Below are positions 1 to 13,200 of a DNA stretch of 64,000 nucleotides, piece by piece. How positions within the stretch are numbered: position 1 is the first letter of the stretch; the number at the start of each line of letters is the position of its first letter. The position numbers and the translations under genes are program-made. The notes under the pieces are model-generated. The model was not told the origin of the DNA, did not search any database, and saw only the letters and a list, made by a program, of their open reading frames with translations. Origin of the DNA: Phoronis australis (lineage: Eukaryota > Animalia > Phoronida); the NCBI GenBank assembly GCA_002633005.1, contig NMRA01000012.1, forward strand, positions 1,010,564 to 1,074,563, written 5' to 3'.

Positions 1-3000
1 ACCCATTGGTTTTTCAGTCCTTTGACTGGAAGGCATGGATGTAGTGAGAGAGAAAAATTGTTTTATTTTGTTTTGTCTAGAATCTTATTACCAAAGCATA
101 AAGTGGCAGCAAACTCGCCTTCCACCACAAAAGACAATTTTTGATTTAGACCAGTTACCAAGGAGAAATTGGACTCAAATTGTTCCTTCGTCAAAATATA
201 TGTGATTTCTGAGCATGGAATGATCTAGCTGTACGTTATTGCTTGAGGCCATGTGTCGCGAATTCGCGATGCGTGTTGCATCTCATGGGAATTAGGTTTG
301 AAAGAAAAATATAAAAAGACGCAATTATTCTGTGTTATGTTGTAAGTTCACAACACCAGGCTATACAACCTCAGGCTTGTCACGGTGGGTCATTTTATGT
401 GCTGAGCAGGGGCTCAGGGAATAACAAAACTGTCAGTTGTTTGGAAACCGGAAATCATATCTCATTAAAATAACGAACCATTTGACACCTGTTTTATTAA
501 TCAAAAGCTGACTTCAGTTGGATGGAACGTGGGTTTATAGCCGCTAAAATGCCACAAACGAAGTAAAAAAATTGTTGGCACTGCAATCAAAATCTTAATA
601 TTGTTATGTTTTTGTTTAAATCAATGGTTTTAATATTCTTAGATATTTTTTTGATTTATAACTATGATATTTTATGGATTCCCTCTTCTTGTCAAGATAA
701 AATATGAGACTACCATTCATTGTATGTTCCAGGATGTAGAATGCATTTAGCGCCTTGTTTATTACAGCACATTCTATGTCTGCCTGCTCATCTTATATCT
801 AGCCATGCTGTGGTGGCGTTCTTTGACAAATGGGATTCTGACATCTCACTAGGACAAGGCAACCCTGCGACTGATCACCCTCGGTGGTAAGCGACGGCAA
901 TGCAAAATTAACTGTATTCAATCTTCCAATGCCAGCAAAGTTTTACTGCTGTGCTGTTGGCTACAACTTGGAGAGCTGGAAGTTGGATAAACTTGAGGAG
1001 TATCCATGGATACGGTATTTTCAGACATGATTTCTCGAATCAGTGCAACATTTGTAAAACGATGCCAATGTAACAACAAATTCTCCTGCCTTAAGGAAAA
1101 TGGAGATTTTCATCAGTGTCCATTGTATAACTGGAATTTAGCTGGCTTTATTTCTGACAGTTGACACTCTCTTGGTTTCAACATGGATTGTTAACTGGGA
1201 TGCAAGAGCACTGTAAGTGACCATTACCATTCTGTACTTTCTAACTCCAGGAGGTCAAGTGGCGATCATCATTCTCATAGGAGTCCACGACTGTTGAGAA
1301 AAGCTCACAAAGTACTAGGAATAACAAAGAACGATAATAAAGAGACAAAAAAGAATCTTAAAATGCCCCACGCTGTTGGAGATTATGTCCATGAAGGGTA
1401 GGTTTTATGTGATCATTGGAAGGTAGCTGGTTTTGACCCAGTCTGTCGATAATTGTTATAATATATAATGTTCCACAACATTACTCTATCAGTTGTTGTA
1501 GTATATAATGCACCACAGCTCTGTTAGTTGTTGCAGTATATAATGTACCACAGCTCTGTCAGTTTGTTCATGAGGTATTGAGATCAATCTGATAAGGGGT
1601 GGTGTACACCAGTCAAGTTGCCCCCCCCCCNNNNNNNNNNNNNNNNNNNNNNNNNNNNNNNNNNNNNNNNNNNNNNNNNNNNNNNNNNNNNNNNNNNNNN
1701 NNNNNNNNNNNNNNNNNNNNNNNNNNNNNNNNNNNNNNNNNNNNNNNNNNNNNNNNNNNNNNNNNNNNNNNNNNNNNNNNNNNNNNNNNNNNNNNNNNNN
1801 NNNNNNNNNNNNNNNNNNNNNNNNNNNNNNNNNNNNNNNNNNNNNNNNNNNNNNNNNNNNNNNNNNNNNNNNNNNNNNNNNNNNNNNNNNNNNNNNNNNN
1901 NNNNNNNNNNNNNNNNNNNNNNNNNNNNNNNNNNNNNNNNNNNNNNNNNNNNNNNNNNNNNNNNNNNNNNNNNNNNNNNNNNNNNNNNNNNNNNNNNNNN
2001 NNNNNNNNNNNNNNNNNNNNNNNNNNNNNNNNNNNNNNNNNNNNNNNNNNNNNNNNNNNNNNNNNNNNNNNNNNNNNNNNNNNNNNNNNNNNNNNNNNNN
2101 NNNNNNNNNNNNNNNNNNNNNNNNNNNNNNNNNNNNNNNNNNNNNNNNNNNNNNNNNNNNNNNNNNNNNNNNNNNNNNNNNNNNNNNNNNNNNNNNNNNN
2201 NNNNNNNNNNNNNNNNNNNNNNNNNNNNNNNNNNNNNNNNNNNNNNNNNNNNNNNNNNNNNNNNNNNNNNNNNNNNNNNNNNNNNNNNNNNNNNNNNNNN
2301 NNNNNNNNNNNNNNNNNNNNNNNNNNNNNNNNNNNNNNNNNNNNNNNNNNNNNNNNNNNNNNNNNNNNNNNNNNNNNNNNNNNNNNNNNNNNNNNNNNNN
2401 NNNNNNNNNNNNNNNNNNNNNNNNNNNNNNNNNNNNNNNNNNNNNNNNNNNNNNNNNNNNNNNNNNNNNNNNNNNNNNNNNNNNNNNNNNNNNNNNNNNN
2501 NNNNNNNNNNNNNNNNNNNNNNNNNNNNNNNNNCAGACCGCGGCAAACTAAGACAATTTTCTGGTATAGAGTCAAAAATTTGCTGACCCATTGGTTTTTC
2601 AGTCCTTTGACTGGAAGGCATGGATGTAGTGACAGAAAAAAAATGTTTTATTTTGTTTTGTCTAGAATCTTATTACCAAAGCATAAAGTGGCAGCAAACC
2701 CGCCTTCCACCACAAAAGACAATTTTTGATTTAGACCAGTTACCAAGGAGAAATTGGACTCAAATTTTTCCTTCGTCAAAATATATGTGATTTCTGAGCA
2801 TGGAATGAACTAGCTGTACGTTATTGCTTGAGGCCAGGTGTCACGAATTCGAGATGCGTGTTGCATCTCATGTGAATTAGGTTTGAAAGAAAAATATAAA
2901 AAGACGCAATTATTCTGTGTTATGTTGAAAGTTCACAACACCAGGCTATACAACCTCAGGCTTGTCACGGTGGGTCATTTTATGTGCTGAGCAGGGGCTC

Positions 3001-4214
3001 AGGGAATAACAAAACTGTCAGTTGTTTGGCAACCGGAAATCATTTCTCATTAAAATAACGAACCATTTGACACCTGTTTTATTAATCAAAAGCTGACTTC
3101 CGTTGGATGGAACGTGGGTTTATAGCCACTAAAATGCCACAAACGAAGTAAAAAAATTGTTGGCACTGCAATCAAAATCTTAATATTGTTATGTTTTTGT
3201 TTAAATCATTGGTTTTAATATTCTTAGATACTTTTTGATTTATAACTATGATATTTTATGGATTCCCTCTTCTTGTCAAGACAAAATATGAGACTACCTT
3301 TCATTGTATGTTCCAGGATGTAGAATGCATTTAGCACCTTGTTTATTACAGCACATTCTATGTCTGCCTGCTCATCTTATATCCAGCCATGCTGTGGTGG
3401 CGTTCTTTGACAAATGGGATTCTGACATCTCACTAGGACAAGGCAACCCTGCGACTGATCACCCTCGGTGGTAAGCGACGGCAATGCAAAATTAACTGTA
3501 TTCAATCTTCCAATGCCAGCAAAATTTTACTGCTGTGCTGTTGGCTACAACTTGGAGAGCTGGAAGTTGGATAAACTTGAGGAGTATCCATGGATACGGT
3601 ATTTTCAGACATGATTTCTCGAATCAGTGCAACATTTGTAAAACGATGCCAGTGTAACAACAAATTCTCCTGCCTTAAGGAAAATGGAGATTTTCATCAG
3701 TGTCCATTGTATAACTGGAATGTAGCTGGCTTTATTTCTGACAGTTGACACTCTTTTGGTTTCAACATGGATTGTTAACTGGGATGCAAGAGCACTGTAA
3801 GTGACCATTACCATTCTGTACTTTCTAACTCCAGGAGGTCAAGTGGCAATCATCATTCTCATAGGAGTCCACGACTGTTGAGAAAAGCTCACAAAGTACT
3901 AGGAATAACAAAGAACGATAATAAAGAGACAAAAAAGAATCTTAAAATGCCCCACGCTGTTGGAGATGATGTCCATGAAGGGTAGGTTTTATGTGATCAG
4001 TGGACGGTAGCTGGTTTTGACCCAGTCCGTCGATAATTGTTGTAATATATAATGTTCCACAACATTACTCTATCAGTTGTTGTAGTATATAATGCACCAC
4101 AGCTCTGTTAGTTGTTGCAGTATATAATGTACCACAGCTCTGTAAGTTTGTTCATGAGGTATTGAGATCAATCTGATAAGGGGTGGTGTACACCAGTCAA
4201 GTTGCCCCCCCCCC
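1..4214. repeat. Near-identical direct duplication (1-1630 vs 2586-4214) flanking an N-gap
   Basis: Both copies start ACCCATTGGTTTTTCAG and end GTCAAGTTG(C)n; only scattered SNPs and 1-bp indels; N-run 1631-2533 between them. Confidence 0.93.
803..1397 (+). CDS. Duplicate copy of the first two in-window exons of the scaffold gene (803-886, 1281-1397)
   Basis: Same exons as 3387-3470 and 3865-3981 with intact AG/GT sites; one amino-acid difference seen (GDYVHE vs GDDVHE). Likely an alternate haplotype. Confidence 0.55.
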
Positions 4215-7200
4215 TCAGTTGTGTTATTTATGTAGGTTACGCAATAGAGGTTGGGACTTGGGGCATATCAATGAAAGAACAGCAGTTGAAATGGGGTTAT
4301 TTCTCGTTTCTTGTGCTGTAGTCAAACAATTTTTGCCACTTGAAGCAATAAAACAGTTCAATTTTCAATAATGATGGATTTAGTTTTTATAGTCCACAGT
4401 GTCTAAAATGATCAGGAAGGAAAGAATGTTGCCACAAACAGACAGTGGTCATCACTGACACACATCTCTGATCCCTAATCCTGGGCAATTACCTTGTCAA
4501 CCAGGACCATAAACTCTTTGTTAAGCTGTGTTTACTAACCCAGTCCAACTGGAACAGTTGTATGACTAAGAGCAGGGCTTAAAAAGAACTACATTCACTG
4601 GTCTTGCATGTCAATTTCAAAATTCCTGTTGTGTGTGAAGGACACCCATGTACAATGATCCACAAAATTCTAAGCCATTGTGTGGGCTACTTACCTTCTC
4701 CAAATTCAAAATGTCTTTAACATTTGTTAAGTTGTGTTGGTGGTTACAGTCATTTTCAAGCCAATCCACATAGTCAAGTGGATGCAGGAGCCATTCCTAA
4801 CTTTGTGTATTCTACCTTCAGTGAAGAGGGCTTTCTCACTGCAACTTCACCACACTGTCTGTAAAATGTTTAATGTAGCATTCCAAGTATTGCACGGTCA
4901 CACTTGACTTACCTCAAAATCCAACTGCTGCCTGGTGTTTTGGTAATTGGCCCAATTATGTTGCACATCCAGCTGAATTAGACAGGAAAATAATATGGTA
5001 ACTGTACACTGTCGTTTTAGGTTGTAAAACTCACTTTTTTGTCGATTTTCAAAATTCAAAACCTAATCGAGCGTACTTTTCACAAACTATTTAAATATGC
5101 TATTTAAAAACTTTCAGTGTGTGTATGCTGGAAATATTATGGGTCTGATTATCTAGAGAACAAAACCTTCAGCAGCCTGAGACTATGTAGTAACTACAAC
5201 AGCATAGGTATCTTTGATAAATGCCGGCAGATTTCAAGGTATGCCAACCGGTCAAGTTGCCCAATCTCGACCGGTGAAGGTGTCAACATAGGATTCTTAA
5301 ATTTATGAAAGCGAGAATCATTGTGATTTTTTATTACCTATTCCTAGTTGTTCTTTAAAGTTTGTTGAACCCATTTGTTAGCCCATTGGTTTAATGCTGT
5401 AGTGAGTCAGACTATCTTCATTTGCTGCTCATTTTGCAAGATAATTATCATTACTAAAAGTTCAGCCGTAGACATTGTCACAGACCTATAGTAGAAATGA
5501 CATACCCTCCTTTGCCCACACTTTATATATGCCCATTTCACCATGCACTAAGCATGCTCTAGGTACTGCTGTTAAAGCCTGCATTCAAATGTGCCCTCGT
5601 TATTTCAGAGTCAACAATGGCCATCGACCTTTGTCCAGAGAAAATGACACCTCTCACGAAGATAAGCTACAGAGAGACAGCGATGTACCTATTTATGTAG
5701 ACAGCTCGACTTTAAACTCAAACCATGAAGGCGAAAAACAGAGCAGGACTAGTGACTGTCCAGTTTATCTTGACTGTGCTGAATTGAGTGTGAGTTCTAA
5801 GGATGAACTAGTGGTCAAGAATTCCGGTGATACTCCCGTTTGTGTCGATAGTGTTCCATTGAATGTAAATAGTTCTCCTCCTGCGAGTCGGCGAGAGGGT
5901 GACGATGACTCTGACAGTGAAATGCCGCGTTACGCAGCTATCTCTACTTTCAGCAGCAGAAAGAGTAATGAAGTCGACCTAGTTGAAGGGGCCACAGTGC
6001 ATGTCCTGGAAAAGAACATTTCGGGTTTGTTCAGACACAATGTATTTTATGTTAATTAAACGTCTGAAACTGGTCAGAAAAAATGGAAGTTTTCACTGCT
6101 GTTATGTGAAAAGAGCTTTTTTCTAGTGAGTCATTGGTTTATATTTCAAACTATTGATTTGCAGCCTCTCAGTGATAAAAAATTTTCATTCAATTTAGAA
6201 TTAGGTTGACAGCCCCTAATTTCTAAGCAAATTATACTTTACTGTGTGCAAAGTTAAGGATGTTTAACCTAATATTTTGTGAAGAGAGGATTAAGGATTT
6301 GGTTAAACTGGATTGATCTGCATTCCTTTATTACTCACTACCTTCAGTCTCAACTGGTGCAATTCTGGTGAAACAGCAGTGACTATTGGTCGTGTATGTG
6401 AATCTCAGGGCATCACACAGTTGACTCATCGCCATCATTGTAGGTTGGTGGTTCGTGTCAGTTGAAGGCAGTGATACCCAGGGTTGGGCTCCCGGGGCGT
6501 TCCTTGAACCTGCGTCTGTGACTGAGGAAGAAGATGAAGACAAAGATGAGCTTAGTAAGTTGATTTTTATCAAGGGTCTAACAGTCACTCGCATTTTGAG
6601 TACCAGTTTTCTCCCCTGAATAGTAGACATCAAACTGGTTCTCAAAATCTGAGGGCTCTGTAAGTGACTATTGCTGGGGTCTATTTCATCAAAGTGACTT
6701 CAGACTTAAAGGCGAAGGCAACCTTTTTGCACGTCATTTTTAGAAAAAATAAGGTTCGTTGATTATCCCAGACATATTTTTCACTTATTTACTGCTTTTC
6801 GTAATTTAATTAATCACTCGTCATCTACTCTGGAAGTGACGTTTTGGGAGGCAAGAATTTCGCGCCATTTTCTTTTCATATAGTCTGACTGTGAGAGCAG
6901 TCGAGTCAGTCATTGTTCTACCTCGGTTGTGATAAGTTCGGTCGTCGTTTGCTTTTGCTTACAAGTCAGTCAACATGCCACGCTGTTGCTGCGTACTGGG
7001 GTGTACTCATTATCGTCTCACGTACAGAGGAAGAACTGTCCCACTTGCCCGAGTGTCCTGCGACACACTCCCACTGGAGGGTGATCTGAGCACCCAAACT
7101 GCTTACATCCCACCATGTGACTCCCGTGCCACACACCTGGCACCTTCCAAATAGCTCCAATACAAGTCCACAATAAACTTATCAAACTTAAGCTCACCGA

Positions 7201-10200
7201 TCTGTTCATTGGATGACGAACTATCCTCTTCACTGGGTGTCGAACTGGGCCTGTATTCACTCCCACTACTCAACATCGCTGCAGGGCTGCTTACAGGCTC
7301 TGAGCTAGAGACAACAGCACGGGGAATCACTGCTAGTTCCCGGAATTGCATGCAATGGGGTACGTTCGGAGGCACGCGGAACAGTAGATGAAGTGCCTCC
7401 AGTCACTGTATATAGTGGCCACAGCTCGCGAGGCTTCTCGCTTCAAAAACGCACTTCTCGGGGTTGGCGATGGGCACTGCCAGGAATCAACAGCGACGGT
7501 ATCATCGTATGGTACCCTTCTTCAGGCGTTGTTTCGCAGGGACCTTCATCAATTCAGCGTACCTATCTGTCATAATCTGATGGCAGAAAATGCTTGCCAC
7601 ACACTCGGTAACCCTCCATTGCTTTGTACGTTGTGTGGACGGTTAGTGCTGCGTTCTTCACATGAATGAGCTAGCCAAGTACGGCGAAGTGTGTCATCCT
7701 TCGGAAAGCGACGCAAGGTACCCAAAGCGCGTGTGAGACAATAATGAGTACATCCCGGTACGCAGCAACAGTGTGGCACGTTGACTGACTTGTAAACAAA
7801 AGCAAACGATGACCGAACTTATCACAAACGAGGTAGAACAATGACTGACTCGACAGCTCTCACAGTCAGACTATAATGAAAAAAATTGGTGCGAAATTCT
7901 TGCCTCCCAAAACGTCACTTCTGGAGTAGAGGATGAGAAATTAATCAAACTACGAAAAGCTATGTGAAAAATGTGTATGGGATAATCAACGAACCTTATT
8001 TTTGCTAAAAGTGACATAAAAAAGGTTGCCTTCGCCTTTAAGACGGAAGTTTGGTCTTGTGCTTCAACTTCGCAATTTGCGAAATAGTCATGAATGCATC
8101 TCAGTCTAAAAAGTAAAGTATCAGAAATTTTCTCAATAACTTGCAGGTATGTGTTTATTCTAAGACAAATTGCATTTTTGCTCAAAAGAAATTTAATTGT
8201 TTTACAGAAATAGTTGTGTAGTGCATAAGGCCACATTTCTGACTGAAGTCGTTTTTCATGAAACAGGTCCGTGGGTCGTTCGTAATTGATTGAGCCTACA
8301 AAGTTATACTTTTTCTAGAGCTTCCTAGATGGATGAGCCAAGAAAATTTCAACTTATGTCGGGCTTCCTTGCTGACACAGCCAGGAATGTTAGAAATTTG
8401 TAACTTATTTATGGTTTTTTAGGTGGATGAGCTAAGGAAGTTGTTCTTTATCTAGGGTTTTATAAATGGAAGCTGTGTCTAATCTAGGGCTTCAAAGATG
8501 ATTGAACTAAGGAAATTTTAGTTAAATTTTTGTGGGGTTTCGTTGTTAGATGAGCCAGGAAAGCTGTACTTTGATTAAGGGTTTCATTGATGGGTGAGCC
8601 AAGGAAACTGTACCTTTATCTAGAGCTTTATAAGTGTGTGAGCAAAGAAAGTTGTGTTTAATCTGGGGCTTCATAAAATGACTTAGTCAAGAAAGTTGTA
8701 CCTTGTTTATGGTTTTCAGATGGATGAGTTGTACTGTTAAGTCTTCATAGATAGCAAGGTTATGTATTGTGTACTTCATCTAAGGTCTGTTTTATAAAAA
8801 GTGACCTTAAATGACTTAAGACATATATTTGGCTTCCTGGCAAGACTTAAAAAGGTTTGCAACATATTTACCACACCATATTGAGGTTGACAATCATGTT
8901 TATGTAGTACATATATTTGGTCGTAGGCTTGCACTTCACAATTAAAAAACAAGTGTTTAGTCATAATTATTGGAACATCACTGCTTGGAAATAATTGTAC
9001 AAATTATTATCTCACATACTTTATTTTGTGCTAAAGTGATTTTAATTATTTTTCTAAAATAGTTATTTGGAGTTTAAGACCAAATTAAGTCTTACGTTAC
9101 TCCTCATGAAACAAATGCCCGGGACATCATGGATGAATGAGCTCACGACTGTGTTCCGTAGATGCAAAACATTTACGAATAAAGCTAGACATGTGATCAT
9201 GTGCTTTCGCTTGTAATTCTTGACCATATCTGGCAAAGACTTGTGTTTTATTGCGTTTTCGTAAGTCTTGTGCGTTTACGAAATGCAGTTCTAGACAATT
9301 TTCTACAGCTGTACTTTTGTTACAGTCGGCCACTGCAAGGCAGTTTGTGACTACACAGCACAGAGTTCAGACGAAGTGTCGCTGAAGTGTGGAGAATCTG
9401 TCGACGTGTTGTCCACTAGCTTGGATGGGTGGTGGAGAGTCAGGTAGGGTCACACGTAGGTAGGGTCACACGCAGGTAGGGTCACACGCAGGTAGGGTCA
9501 CACACAGGTAGGGACACACGCAGGTAGGGTCACACGCAGGTAGGGTCACACGCAGGTAATGTACATCCAGTGCGTGGACTAATTTTGGGACTTAACGTAG
9601 CATTATTCATCCAAAAAATCGCAACTAGAACACTCACTCTAACAAATTCAATCTCGTGATTTTCCTTTGCATGATAAGATTTTATTGGTTCAGGAAATCA
9701 TAGAGCAATCCAAAGTTTTTACTTCTGAATTCAAATGGATTAAGCTTTGGACTGCGTATTGTACCTAAAAGTGAAACTGTTCCTCAGTTATCTTTCAATG
9801 ACTTCACAGTTCGCCTGTGTGATTGGTGTATAAGCCAAATGATGTCACCGAGAACCAATGAGATGTCTTAGCCAGTTGAACCAGCAGAGCCGGCGAAGCC
9901 GATCAAGTGCTGGCATTTTCAACTGAATGTTTGGAAACACTGCTGTCACAACAACCAAATGTTTAAGTTCAGTTTGATTATTGGGTTAATTAGCATTAAG
10001 ATGTCATGATTAAGCTGTCTGTGGAATGTAACTGTAGCTTTAATCTTTTTGTATTCTAATTCAACTGTCATGTTCTCCAGTGCAAGAATATTGACGTTTG
10101 CTGGCAACAGATGTCTCTGGTCACTGAGGTGAAACATGTCGTGTTATTGTAGATGTTGTGGAGAAGTTGGGTTCAGCCCGGTGGCATGTCTAAGTGAGCT

Positions 10201-13200
10201 CGATTTTCAGCAGCTGGAAAAAGGCAAGTTCATTCGGGAGGCAATCCGCAACAACTCAATATACAGAAAAGCACCACCTCCGAGACGGTAAGTGACTATA
10301 AACAGCAATTTGAAAATTTAACTGAATCTTGAACCGTAGGGATGTAGTTTCCACTTATCAAAAAAGTTTCAATGCATGCAAAATCTATGGAAAACAAAAA
10401 AGCCTAAATACCAGAGTGAAAACTCTTGGAAAATTCATAAGATCACAGACTATAGTACATGGACCACCTACTCTGTCTATTCTCACTGCACAAGATCTGT
10501 ATGTTGCACACAAACTGTGTCCTTAATGATTAGTGGCACCAACCAATGAAGTTAGTCAGTTTTACTTTTGTCATGTATGTCTGGTTTTGTTTGTTGTTGC
10601 TGCTTGGACTTTGCATTTGCTCGTCCTGAACTATTGCCAATTAAATTACAGCACCGTGATTTCTGCTAAAGGTATGCCGAAATGTTATCTTTCGTACTAC
10701 TAGGCAGTAAAACAGGAACCAGACTTTCTCATTGGAATATAATTACTGGAAGATGAGATTAGAACACGAAGCAAGTGGCGCCTCCACTGGCAATTTGCTG
10801 TTTATGATCTATGATAAGATGAACCTTCATTTTGTGACTTCTATCATAAGTTCATGTATTCAAGTATTCTATGCAACACCCACTAACGAATAAATGTATA
10901 CATTATTTGATTGGGAACTATATTAAATGTATAGTGAGTGCCGTTTCACATTAGCGAAAACTGCGATCCTTGCAAAAAATCAAGTCGTCTTGTTTTTTAT
11001 GATTTTATCATGGTCAGAATGGAGCTCTTAACAAACCACTTCATTCTTATTTTAACTTTGAAGTTGGCCATTTTTGACTGGCCGTTATAAGTTCAAGTAC
11101 TTCACCTGTGACGGACATTATTCGTCCAAGTTCCAAAAGTTTTAACATGACATGCTCCGCTGCGTTCTTTGTGGGTATTAAGATCACTGTGATGAGCGCT
11201 GGTGTACACCAGTCAAGTCATTCCACTGTGTTGCTTTGGCAGGCAACACAATAGTTGCTGGGACATTATCAACGAAAGAACATCAGTTGCAGTGCACATT
11301 ATTTATTTCTCTTTTCTTCTGCTAGTTAACCAATTTGTGCCATTCAAAAAATGATTATTAGTTTTTATCGTCAGTGTCTAAAATGGCGGAAACAAATGTT
11401 GCTGCGAACAGGCAAGGGTTAACACTTACACTCATCTCTCCCCTCTTTAATCCCCAAACAAAAAAGCCGGTCATAAAAGTCCAGACTCTGTGGTAAGTGC
11501 ATACTGTAATCCCAACCAGTGAGCAGTCACAGTTACCGGTAGGGAAATGCGATGTAACATGTCTCATCTACTGAAATCATCCTTCTCCTTTGTTTTCTCA
11601 TCCAGTCTGAGTGCAGTATCCAAACCAGTGCCCCAGTTTGATTCATCAGACAGCAGTAGTGATGACAATGTGACGCCTCACCAACCGGCAAAGTCCACTG
11701 TTCAGTACACTCAAGTGGTGTTTGATGATGATGACAAAGTGGTTATAGAAGATGATGTGTCCCGTCTATATGCCAAGTATGTCTTGTTTGTCTTTGTATT
11801 CACCTGTTTAGAGTGCACAGTAAAATCTCACCAATATCAGATAAAAAGAATTGCTAAAATTACCCTTTTATCATTTTTCAACGTCTACTTACACTGTTGT
11901 GAGTGCCCAGAAGTTTTCAACAAAATTTTGTGTGATGGTAGGTGTCGTACAGAAATTGAACATGGTAAAGCATTAAAGTCGTGCCATCTTTCTTATATAA
12001 AAAAGAGAAAAAATTTCAGGTGTGGACCATATTATGTCCTAAATTGGTGAGGTTTTACCGTAGAATGTGTTTCACCGTTAAGACCATAATAATATAGGAC
12101 CCAAAAACAGCATAATTGTTTTGGTTATCGCCCATCTCATTTTGAAAGCTGCATCTCAAAGTTGGCATCAAGTGTCTCTAGGTAAAAAAGAGAAAAACCC
12201 AACGCATTTCAGCTGGCATCTGGTGATGCTGGGGGTGCAGTTGAATGGAAGTTTCCAATCCACTTCACCTAGCACCTGGTGATGCTAGGGCTAAAGAGGA
12301 ATGGAGAGTTCAAATCCATTTGACGTAGCATCTGGTGATGCTGGAAAAAAGATTTCTACCCATTTCAGCTGCCATCAGATGACTCTTTTTTTAGAAAAAC
12401 AATGGAGAATAAAAAATATCGCATCACTACATTAATTTTAAAAAATACCTGGACCAAAACTATTTGTACTATTTTTTGCCTAACAGGACATTTCATATAA
12501 AGTGCTCATCAAGATAATTAGACAAAAATACTCATGTTAAAAGTTATGGTCATTTATGCTAACCAGTAAACTTAAGATTAAAGTATTAAATTATGTTTAT
12601 TTTTGAAAAAGTTTTTTGTGATGTTGAAAAGGCATGATCATGGAATAAGATTTGACACGATTGTTTTTTTTAACTATTATGGTGGCTGTACAAAACTGTT
12701 TTGTCCTAAACATGGATTGTAGAGTGAAGAAACCTGAGAAACAAAAGCGAAAACTTCGTAGAAAGGATTCACCTGTGCTTTATGCAGAAATTGACCAACT
12801 GAGTCTTGTCAAGAAGGAGAGTACTGTAAAGAGTAACGGTGCGCCGCGTGACATGTCGAGTAAAAACACCTATGTCAACTGTTTCCCAAATAACAAGTAC
12901 GTCAACGTCATCTTGAAGGACACTGACAGTGTGCAGGTATGTGTAAAATGGTTGTAATTGACATATAGAAATATGCTAATGTGTCTTATGTCTCTATGAG
13001 GCTATTTCCAGCTTCATTATCTTACTGAAAAATTGGTGTTAACAGCCAAGCACCAATTTTGTATTTAAGATATGCTTCAGGTTATCAAGAAGTGTTATTT
13101 AAATTCAGGTTACCAAGAAGTATTATTTAAATTCAGGTTACCAAGCAGTGATACTTACATTCAGGTTACCAAGCAGTGTTATTTAATTCAGGTTACCAAG

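Larger units (their letters stand above)
6676..8270. mobile_element. Older small MITE interrupted by the THAP element (6676-6709 + 8038-8270)
   Basis: Imperfect TIRs GGTCTATTTCATCAAAGTGACTTCAGAC and GACTGAAGTCGTTTTTCATGAAACAGGTCC; a related uninterrupted, diverged copy lies at about 8784-9122. Confidence 0.6.

Noticed and set aside
936-1013. Possible extra exon KFYCCAVGYNLESWKLDKLEEYPWIR
   Set aside because: Entry phase is incompatible with the preceding exon, the intron would be only 49 nt, and 886>1281 splices in frame without it.
1584-2729. Long ORFs in the track
   Set aside because: Artefacts of translating through the N-gap.
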